From Octopus sinensis (lineage: Eukaryota): 64,000 nucleotides of DNA. The position numbers and the translations under genes are program-made. Where the stretch lies: contig NC_043001.1 of NCBI RefSeq assembly GCF_006345805.1, forward strand, positions 19,716,001-19,780,000, written 5' to 3'. Positions 53,199 to 63,459 of this stretch are shown here, one piece after another. The notes under the pieces were generated by a model that had not been told where the DNA came from, did no database searches, and saw only the letters and a list, made by a program, of their open reading frames with translations. The number at the start of each line of letters is the position of its first letter. Within the stretch, counting starts at the first letter, position 1.

Positions 53199-53663
53199 TA
53201 TTTACATTTGACGGATATTTGTCCTCATCTTGTTTGTTGTTAACACAACATTTCGGCTGATATACCTTCCAGCCTTCATTAGGTGTCTTGGGGAAATCTC
53301 AAACATGGGTTCTCATTCCTAAGGTATTTTTCAATGTTATTATTATTCAGGTCACTGCCTGGAATCGAACTTGGAATCTTGGGGTTAGTAGCCCACACTC
53401 TTAACCACTACGCCATATGTCCACAGCATATGGCGTAGTGGTTAATAATAATAATAATAATAATAATAATTATAATATTAATAATAATAACATCAAAAAA
53501 TACCTTAGGAATGAGAACCCAGGTTTGAGATTTCTCCAAGGCACCTGATGGAGGCTGGAGGGTATATCAGCCAAAATGTTGTGTTAACAACAAAGATGTG
53601 GACAAATATCCGTCAAATGTAAATAATGTACATAATTCTTCATCTCTTAAATATAGAACTGTA
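53199..53663. mobile_element. Fold-back element C: tRNA-like head plus hammerhead motif, 13-bp target duplication
   Basis: Arms about 53197-53347 and 53480-53627; flanking direct repeat aaatgtaaagtat at 53186 and 53664; A and B boxes on the minus strand at 53418-53352. Confidence 0.8.
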
Positions 53664-53734
53664 AAATGTAAAGTATGTTTACACAAATGTAATGTGTGTT
53701 TATGTATGTTTGAATAATTTTGTTTTGATTTCAG

Positions 53735-53797
53735 GATTCCATAGGACAGGGTGGTTTGCCTCTGAGTGGCCAAGGTTCCCCTAGTGTTGGTTCAAAG
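53735..53797 (+). CDS. SEC31A: SEC31 exon 13 (DSIGQGGLPLSGQGSPSVGSK)
   Basis: ttcag| and |gtactg; 21 codons; low-complexity linker, so possibly an alternative exon. Confidence 0.7.
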
Positions 53798-53988
53798 GTA
53801 CTGTAATATTCTTTCAGAAACATAAGGCAATGTAAGCTCTAAGGCAAAAAATTATTTTCATAAAGAGAGAAAGAGATCCAAGTCTAACAGATTTTTAATT
53901 TACTGATCTTTAAATACATTTCAAATCTTTTTATATATTGGAATTTTAAGCAATTAAATGTCTTATTTCAATATGGTTTTCTTCACAG

Positions 53989-54157
53989 ACTCCTAACAGT
54001 ATTGGAGAACCATCTGAAGCATCTTCGTTATTTGAAGATATTACCTTGCAACAACGGAATCTGTCTGGATCACAATCCCCAATGCCTATTCCAGCTCATT
54101 CAAGTTTATCAGATACATCAAGCTCAAGAACTCCCCTCACAATATCCACTAATTCAG
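53989..54157 (+). CDS. SEC31A: SEC31 exon 14 (TPNSIGEPSEASSLFEDI...TISTNS)
   Basis: cacag| and G|gtttgt; phase 0-1, which matches the start of exon 15. Confidence 0.82.
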
Positions 54158-54175
54158 GTTTGTATATTGTCTTAT

Positions 54176-54742
54176 GGATCTTTACCTTTTGACCGACAGA
54201 TTTAAAAAATAATTTTTTGTAACTAAACACTTTCAAACTTCGGATACTGGTAGAATGTGTCATATAAAACATCTTTTACTCTTAGCATTTTTGAGAAAAA
54301 CTTATATTTACAAAGTTATTTCACGTTAAAGTTGTCGTATTTCGGTAATTTTAACCAATCAGTGACGTGTATTCAGCTGAATAAAATTACTGCTGTTGTT
54401 TGTCAACAAGAACTTCTGGCGGTGTATATTACGTTTGTCACTGTTATTTATGACAACCCTAACCCTAAAACCTTAAAACCTGTACAAACGCACGAACGAT
54501 GTCATAAATAACAGTGACAAACGAAATATACACCGCCGATAGTTGTTGTTGACAAACAACGGCAGTAATTTTATTCAGCTGAATACACGTCATTGATTGG
54601 TTGAAATTACCGAAATATGACAACTTTAATGTGAAATAACTTCGTAAATATAAGTTTTTCTCAAAAAGATGTTTAAATGACACTACCAGTGTCCGAAGTT
54701 TGAAAGTGTTTAGTTAATCTGTCAGTTAAAAAGTAAAGATCC
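54176..54742. mobile_element. Larger relative of the GGATC-ended MITE, with a perfect 8-bp target duplication and an internal inverted repeat
   Basis: tgtcttat|GGATCTTTAC...GTAAAGATCC|tgtcttat; shares subterminal sequence with the 10, 13 and 34 kb MITEs. Confidence 0.88.
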
Positions 54743-55465
54743 TGTCTTATATTTATTACATGATGATAAAGAAATAGAAATGTTCCTTGAAGTTTTTCTT
54801 TTAACTATATATATTTACATAATTTCATTCTCATAATAGAATTCATTCAAAATTATTGGTGATATTAGTTTACTTCATTGAAAGTTTGAATACTTTAATA
54901 ACTCTAATTTCAGCAGCAAATGCTGTGGAGGCGCAATGGCCCAGTGGTTAGGGCAGCGGACTCATGGTCGGAGGATCGCAGTTTCGATTCCCAGACCGGG
55001 CGTTGTGTGTGTTTACTGAGCGAAAACACTTAAAGCTCCAAGAGGCTCCGGCAGGGGGTGGTGGCGACCCCTGTTGTACTCTTTCGCTCCAACTTACTCT
55101 CACTCTTTCTTCCTGTTTCTTGCCCCCGACTTCCTATGCAACCGCTGAGCCTGGATGCGCATTCATCCATCCATCGATGCTCTTGGTGTTGGGGGTTGAC
55201 CTGCTTTCTATTCTGCGGGTCTTACGAATAGCAAAGGACCACGTTTTGGACTTCTCCCACTGGGACAAAGACTGCTTTGCTCAATAAACAAACAAACAAG
55301 CAACAAATGCTTTATTTTTCCGCATTGTCAGCCTGCCCATCCATCCAGTGACATTTATGAAATAGGATAATCCAGTTTACTGATTTATGCTACATAATAA
55401 CTTGCTGTGTATATTTTGAATAAGATGCATTAATAATTACAAAGTAATAATTCTTTTTATTTCAG

Positions 55466-55644
55466 ATGCAAATGGCTTGCTTAGTCAAGCATTATTAATG
55501 GGCAATTTTGAAGCTGCAGTTGAGATGTGTCTTCATGAAAATCAAATGGCTGAAGCTATTTTACTTGCCATAGCAGGTGGTCCCGATTTGCTTCGACGTA
55601 CACAGAATAAATATTTCAGCACTAATCACAGTTCTTTGAGCCGA
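55466..55644 (+). CDS. SEC31A: SEC31 exon 15 (GLLSQALLMGNFEAAVEMCL...TQNKYF)
   Basis: ttcag| and |gtaagc; conserved ACE1 helical region. Confidence 0.94.
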
Positions 55645-56503
55645 GTAAGCCAACTTTCATATTCAGCATAATGTCACCTGTGCCGGTGGCATATGTAAAA
55701 AGATTCAAGTGAGGTCATTGCCAGTACTGCCTGACTGGCCCCGTGCCGGTGGCACATAAAAAGCACCCACTACACTCTTGGAGTGGTTGGCATTTGGAAG
55801 GGCATCTAGCTGTAGAAACTCTGCCAGATCAAGATTGGAGCCTGGTGCGGCTGTCTGGTTTGCCAGCCCTCAGTCAAAATCGTCCAACCCATGCTAGCAT
55901 GGAAGGCGGACGTTAAACAATGATGATGATGATGATGATGATAACATCCCTTAAAAATGGACATTTCTATGTACCAGGGTGCAGAAATCAATATCATTAA
56001 AAGCAGTGTTTTGGTAATACAGCAAACATCTTTATTTGGCAACTGTATGTTCAATTGACCTGGCCTTATTTTAAATGGCTGTCATCATCATCGTTTTTTT
56101 TTTTTATCCATTTCTCATGCTGGTATGAGTTGGGTGGTTTGACAGGATCCAGCAAGCTGCAGGGCTGTGCCAGGATCTAGTGTCAGATTTGGCATGGTTT
56201 CTATTGCTGGATGCCCTTTTTAACGCCAACCACTTTACAGTGTGTAATGGGAGGGGGGGTTGTGCCACTGGCACTATTGAGGTTGCCAAGTAATTTGCTA
56301 GACAGAAAAACAAAGCAGGGAAAGGTGTAAAAATATATAAAATATAATTTTTAAAAAACTAGCTTGCTTACCAACCACATGGTTCCGGGTTCATTCCCGC
56401 TGCATGGCACCTTGGGCAAGTGTCTTCTACTATAGCCTCAGGCTGACCAAAGCCTTGTGAGTGGATTTGGTAGACAGAAACTGAAAGAAGCCCATCGTAT
56501 ATA

Positions 56504-56560
<57 letters not shown>

Positions 56561-56923
56561 ATATGTTTGTGTGCCTGTGTTTCCCCCCCCCCCACATCGC
56601 TTGACAAACGATGGCAGTGCGTTTTCATCCCCGTAACTTAGCGGTTCAGCAAAAGAGACCGATAAAATAAGTACTAGGCTTGCAAAGAATAAGTCCTGGA
56701 GTCGATTTGCTTGACTAAAGGCAGTGCTCCAGCATGGCCACAATCAAATGACTGAAACAAGTAAAAGAGTAAAAAAGAGAGAGTAAATGGGGTGAATGTT
56801 TGAGAGAGATAGAGCTGGCTTTATGCCAGTTGTTGAGAGGCTAAAGTATGACAGGGTGACAAGCAAAGGTGTCTTGCTATAGAGGAGATACATGGCAATT
56901 TTTATTTTTCAAAGGTGGTAAAA

Positions 56924-57562
56924 ATTATATTGCCCATGTCCATTTGGACATTTTACATGAGAGCTGTTGCCATCTTTCGCACATTGTTGAATTCAACATC
57001 AAAATTAAATTAGTGTTATGCAGAATTAGGATTATAACCCATGTCCATTTGGATATTTAACATGAGAGCTGTTGCCATCTTTCGCAAATTGTTGAATTCA
57101 ACATCAAAATTAAATTAGTGTTATGCAGAATTAGGATTATAACCCATGTCCATTTGGATATTTAACATGAGAGCTGTTGCCATCTTTCGCAAATTGTTGA
57201 ATTCAACATCAAAATTAAATTAGTGTTATGCAGAATTAGGGTTATAACCCATGTCCATTTGGATATTTAACATGAGAGCTGTTGCCATCTTTCGCACATT
57301 GTTGAATTCAACATCAAAATTAAATTAGTGTTATGCAGAATTAGGATTATAACCCATGTCCATTTGGATATTTAACATGAGAGCTGTTGCCATCTTTCGC
57401 AAATTGTTGAATTCAGCATCAAAATTAAATTAGTGTTATGCAGAATTAGGATTATAACCCATGTCCATTTGGATATTTAACATGAGAGCTGTTGCCATCT
57501 TTCGCAAATTGTTGAATTCAGCATCAAAATTAAATTAGTGTTATGCAGAATTAGGATTATAA
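56924..57562. repeat. 105-bp tandem repeat, 6 copies
   Basis: Units start at about 56924, 57031, 57136, 57241, 57346 and 57451. Confidence 0.96.
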
Positions 57563-57692
57563 TAGAATAGACCAAAGATCAATTTCTTTCATTTTGTTCA
57601 CAGTATATATTTTTTTAATTGTTGATTTTTATATACATATATATATAAAATAAATATGCTGATTTGATAATGGTTATTCTGTTCTTCTTCAG

Positions 57693-57819
57693 TTAATTTC
57701 ATCAATTGTGACTCATGACTGGACTCATGTCATTCAAACCTGTAACCTGGAGAACTGGAAAGAAGCTCTAGCTGTACTTATAACATATACTTCTCCAGAA
57801 GAATTTTCTTTTCTATGTG
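57693..57819 (+). CDS. SEC31A: SEC31 exon 16 (LISSIVTHDW...NWKEALAVLITY)
   Basis: ttcag| and G|gtaagt; phase 0-1. Confidence 0.94.
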
Positions 57820-59251
57820 GTAAGTTATAATTTCAATTATTTACTTGACTTTTCTTTAGTGTTCATGATCATCATTATTGTTTTAACAGTTACTCTTCCA
57901 CACTTGTTGCGCCTGATGAAACTTGTTTGAGGTAGGTTTTCTATTGTTGCATGCTTTTCCTATTGCCTACCCGCATCTGTCTCCAAATGAGACAATATTT
58001 CCTATAGTTCTTCGAAAAACCAGCAACCCAATGGCTGGGCATGTTTTCATGAAAGATTGCAAATAAGTGACACCGTTTGTCTGATTGGTGACTTTGTTTG
58101 GTGACCCTTAAAATGTCAAGTCAAAGAAAAACATCAGACACATGCGTGCACTCACACATACACATATATCTCTCCACACACACACACAGAGTGTTTTTTA
58201 TCCACCAAACTCACTCACAAAACATTGGTCACCCTAGGTCTATAGTAGAAGAAATTTGCCCAAGGTACTTTGCACTAGGATTGAACTCAAAACTATATGG
58301 TTACAAAGTGAACTTCTTAATCATATAGCATGCCTTAATTTTTTTTAATATTCTGAAATACTTTATGTTGTTGCAGTTGGTCCTCCTGTCTCCTATCATC
58401 ATCATCATCATCGTTTAACGTCCGTTTTCCATGCTAGCATGGGTTGGACGGTTCAACTGGGGTCTGGGAAGCCAGAAGGCTGCGCTAGGCCCAGTCTGAT
58501 CTGGCAGTGTTTCTACAGCTGGATGCCCTTCCTAACGCCAACCACTTTGAGAGTGTAGTGGGTGCTTTTTATGTGCTACCTGCACAGGTGCCAGACGAGG
58601 CTGACAACGGCCACAATCGGATGGTGCTTTTTACGTACCACCGGCACAGAGGCCAGTCAGGGCGGCGCTGGCAACGGCCACATTCGGATGGTTCTCTTAC
58701 GTGCCACCAGCACTGGTATCACAGCTACAATTTCCATTGATGTTGAATGATTTCAAACAAACCTATAATCAAAGTCGTCCTTTCTTTTTAAGATGGTAGG
58801 GTGTAGTTTGAGTGAAATTTGACCTGTATAGGCTCTCTTGTTGGCTCATACATCATCCTCAGCAGCATTTAGCATCTGTTTTCCATGCCGGCATGGGTTG
58901 GACAGTTTAACAAAAGCTGGCAAGCCAGAGAGCTGCACCAAGATCCAATTGTCTGTTTTGGCAAGGTTTCTACAGCTGAATCCTTTCTTAACACCAACCA
59001 CTTTATAGAGTGTACTGGGGATTTTTTACATGACACCTGCACAGGTGTTTTTTGTGTGACACCAACATGGGTGCTTTTTATATGACTCCAGCACCTATTT
59101 GTAATTGTTTCATATAAAACTTCTAAATTTCCAATTTCAATTTAATTTTCAGATTAACTCTCACAACTAAATTAGATTTTGTATCTCTTCTCATTTTTTT
59201 GTTTGCAATAATGAAAATATAATGAAATGTTTTGTTTTTTTTCTCCTTTAG

Positions 59252-59394
59252 ATTCCTTGGGAAGTCGACTTGAAGCTGAGAAGGAATCATCAGTCAATGC
59301 TAGTTTGTGTTATATTTGTTCGGGAAATGTTGAAAAACTTGTTGAAAATTGGCAACAAAATTCACAGAATGCAAATGAGCCCTCAGCTCTTCAG
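59252..59394 (+). CDS. SEC31A: SEC31 exon 17 (LGSRLE...LCYICSGNVEKLVENW)
   Basis: tttag| and |gttagt; phase 1-0. Confidence 0.94.
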
Positions 59395-59574
59395 GTTAGT
59401 ATAACTGATAAAGGATTTTATATCTTTTTTTAACTTGTCGGAAATTGCAGGAAAAAGGGAAAATTTTGAAGTTTTTCAAGTTAAGACAGAGAATAATGAC
59501 ATCAACGGTGACTACAAATGTATACATTGACTAATTGAAATATTCTATTTTACAATCTTTTCTTTCGATTTTAG

Positions 59575-59745
59575 GACCTGGTTGAAAAAGTCATGTTATT
59601 ACGCAAAGCTGTTGAATTTTCTCAAGGCCAAGAAATACCAATAAAAGAAGGATTAGTTGCTGATAAACTTTGCAAATATGCCTCAATTCTTGCTGCACAA
59701 GGAAATTTGAATACTGCCATTAATTACATGAACTCATTTCCAGGG
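59575..59745 (+). CDS. SEC31A: SEC31 exon 18 (DLVEKVMLLRKAV...YASILAAQG)
   Basis: tttag| and |gtaatt; 57 codons. Confidence 0.94.
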
Positions 59746-60252
59746 GTAATTATGAATTAAATTTTAAGTAACAGTATCTTCTTTAGTAAAAATGGAACAT
59801 TGATTTATAGTATTGTTTCTATCTGAAAGTTATCTCTCTATATATATAAACGGCAAAATGTCTGTCTGTGTGTGCGTGTCCTTTATACAAATCCACAATT
59901 TTTCAGTTAGAGGGCTCACACTTTCTATGGTCATTCAAAACCGTCCAAGGGTGGTCGTGCACATCTTTACATTTCTCCAGTCACCCCGCAAAGCCATTAA
60001 AAAAATCAATAGAAGTGACATTTTTGTGAATTTTCTATCCAAAACCCAATCAAAATGTCCAAAAACTTGATACGCTAATTGAATGCCAGCTAGCTGTATG
60101 TGATTGGTCGGAGATTTGGACAGTACTCGAGTGTATGTGCGCACGCACACAGCTGTATATACATGCACTAGCACTATGTAAATTATAAATCTTATTTTAG
60201 GTTTTGTTTGTAATTATTTATTCCTATTCATGTAATTTTTTTCTGTTACCAG

Positions 60253-60624
60253 CCTGCCCTAGATTCGATGAAGGACCGTTTGTTTCATGCTCTCAATGGG
60301 AATGTAGCGGGTGTGCAACAACCAGCTTTTCCGTTTCAAAAAGTCGAAATCCTTCCAGAAGGGGCTCAAAGGAGCCAACAACAACAACAACAACAACAGC
60401 AGCAGCAGCTACAACAACAGCAGCAACAACAACAACAACAACAACAGCAACAACATCATCAGCAACATCAACAACTACATCAACAACAAAAGCCTTATCA
60501 AGCGTCACAACCCCAACAGGCTTATGGACAAGCGCCACAAAATTTGTACCAGCCGAATCTGCAACAGAATCAATCTTTCCAGAAACAACAGGAAGAACAA
60601 AGACTTGGATTGAACCCACAACAG
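60253..60624 (+). CDS. SEC31A: SEC31 exon 19 (MKDRLFHAL..., polyglutamine tract); 3' end uncertain (60624 or 60639)
   Basis: accag| acceptor; DRL motif is conserved. Two weak in-frame donors: CAG|gtcaaa and GAG|gtttta. Confidence 0.85.
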
Positions 60625-63230
60625 GTCAAATTTAACGAGGTTTTACACTTTCTGTTTTTTATTGAATTTAAGTCAGTGCAATATTTGACATCATCGCCAT
60701 CACCATCACCATCTTCATCATCATCATCATCACTATCATCATTTAATGTTTGTTTACCATGCTGTCATAGATTGTATAGTTTGACAGGATCTGGTGAGCC
60801 ATAGTGTCACATTGAATTCTAATGTCAGCTTTGGCGTGGTTTCTACAACTGGATGCCCTTCCTAACACCAACCACAGTACAGAGTGTAGTGGGTACTTTT
60901 TTTTATGCTATCAGTACTTGGGAAATTGCCAAGTAGCTTGCAAGGCAAGAAAAGTACAGAAAGAAGGCTACAGGAAAAAAAACCCCACCTTAACTAAATG
61001 TGTGTGTGTGAGGTTGGGAGTGGGTATTAAAACCGGCGATACCAATGTTAGTAGTATGTTTGTATCATTGGTATTTATAATTGGTGGCAAGCTGGCAGAA
61101 ATGTTAGCACGCCGGGCGAAATGCGTAGCCATATTTCGTCTGCCGTTACGTGCTTAGTTCAAATTCCGCCAAGGTCGACTTTGCCTTTCATCCTTTCGGG
61201 GTCGATAAATTAAGTACCAGTTATGCACTGGGGTCGATGTAATCAACTTAATCCGTTTGTCTGTCCTTGTTTGACCCCTCTGTGTTTAGCCCCTTGTGGG
61301 TAGTAAAGAAATAGGTATTTCGTGTGCCGTTACATTCTGAGTTCAAATTCCGGCGAGGTCGACTTTGCCTTTCATCCTTTCGGGGTCGATAAATTAAGTA
61401 CCAGTTATGCACTGGGGGGTCGATGTAATCGACTTAATCTGTTTGTCTGTCCTTGTTTGACCCTTCTGTGTTTAGCCCCTTGTGGGTAGTAAAGAAATAG
61501 GTATTTCGTCTGCCGTTACATTCTAAGTTCAAATTCCACCGAGGTCGACTTTGCCTTTCATCCTTTCGGGGTCAATAAATTAAGTACCAGTTACGCACTG
61601 GGGTCGATGTAATTAACTTAATCTATTTGTTTGTCCCCTCTGTGTTTAGCCCCTTGTGGGTAGTAAAGAAATAGGTATTTATAATTGGAAGTAAATTGTC
61701 TTTTGAAGTTTTAGTTTTCTGTCTTTCATCAAAACCTGTACCTGAAAGCAATTTTTTTTAAGTTATGAGGAAGTGAATTTTCATATTTTGGCAATTCCTA
61801 TCATGTCTAAAAGCATTTTAGGAAACAAATGTCACCATTTCAAACTGACATTGAGTCATTAATTAATTAATGATGAATTAACACCTAACAAAATATTGAC
61901 TTTATTAATTAAGTAATATTGTGAACACTCTTATACATAAAATTTTATTATCACCTTCACAGACGTTCACAATATTCCATAATTAATACAATCCTTTCTA
62001 CTATTGGCACAAGGCCTGAAATTTTAAGGGAGAGCTAGTCAATTACATCAATCCCCAGCACTTGACTGGTTCTTAATTTATCAATCCTGGAAGGATGAAA
62101 GGCAATGTCAACCTCGGTGGAATTTGAACTCAGAACGTAAAGACAGACAAAATGCCGCTAAGCCTTTTGTCTAGCAAATCTGTGCCGGCATGGAACATAG
62201 ACATTAAATGATGATGATGATTTAAGCATGATAGCAAATGGTAACAATATTTTATGTTTGTTTTATGGTGATTGATAGACTGCTCTACACTTAACATAGA
62301 AAAGCAATTAGGTAAGTGAAATAAAATTCTGACAACTCTAGCTTGGATTCTTGAAGAATGGATAACTTATGCAAAAAAAATCACGCTTATTAATTAATCA
62401 TTAATATCGTTTATTAAATTTATATAATATTGTCCAACTCAATCTTAAGCCAAAATTTCACAAAATAAAAAAAAAAATTGGTGTAGTAGATACACTTTTT
62501 AATATCAACACCTGGCACCTGGGGGTCCTTAGTGGACATTTGGGCAGGTCTTTGATCTCAAAATAACTTTCCCCAGTTACAAATACCCTGAAAAGGCAAC
62601 AACTGCTACCTTTTCTCTTCTGACAGCTAGTAAATAAACATAAACCCCTCAGAATTTAAAGTAATTAACCCTTTCGTTACTAACCCGGCTGAAACCACCT
62701 GTGGCTCTGTTGTACAAATGTCTTGTTTTCATAAGTTTTGAATTAAAATCTTCTACCAAACCTTAGTCAAAATTTGTGTTTCTAACACTAGCTTAATGAT
62801 AATTAAGTTATTCTACTAAATTCTTTGTTATATTTAAAATTAATTGAAAGAAACACAGAGCATCTCAACAGAAATATGGTCGCAAAAGGGTTAAAATATA
62901 TGATAGAGAAACAATTCTTAACCCTTTCATTACCAACCCAGCTGAAACCAGCTCTGGCTCTGTAGTACAAATGTCTTATTTTCATAAGTTTTGAATTAAA
63001 ATCTTCCACCAAACTTTAGTCACAATTTATGTTCCTAACACTAGCTGAATGATAACTAAGTTATTTTACTAAAGTCTTTGTTATATTTAAAATTAATTGA
63101 AAGAAATACAGAGCATCTCAAAATAAATACAGTAACAAAAGGGTTAAGTAGAGTTTATAGAATCTCTGTTGACACTGTATTTGGTTAATGTCATTTAATA
63201 TTGTTGATTTCCATTTTGAATTTATTTCAG

Positions 63231-63396
63231 GTTCAAGCAATCAGCCAGTTTCGAACTACGACTACCCCTAGTTCATATTTTGGACAAAATCAGTATCCTA
63301 GTACGAATGGTTCAGCTGCCGCACCACAAATTCCATCTTATCCAACACATATGAGTTCTATGATGGCTCCATCAACTGGTGCCCCAATGTCTAAAG
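63231..63396 (+). CDS. SEC31A: SEC31 exon 20 (Pro/Ser/Gln-rich region); gene continues beyond the window
   Basis: ttcag| and G|gtaaga; only phase 0 is open through the exon. Confidence 0.82.
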
Positions 63397-63411
63397 GTAA
63401 GATCTTTACTA

Positions 63412-63459
<48 letters not shown>

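Noticed and set aside
60204-60804. Overlapping poly-Thr, poly-Asn and poly-Val ORFs
   Set aside because: These are alternative-frame readings of the CAA/CAG tract; only the Gln frame is consistent with the SEC31 splice phases.
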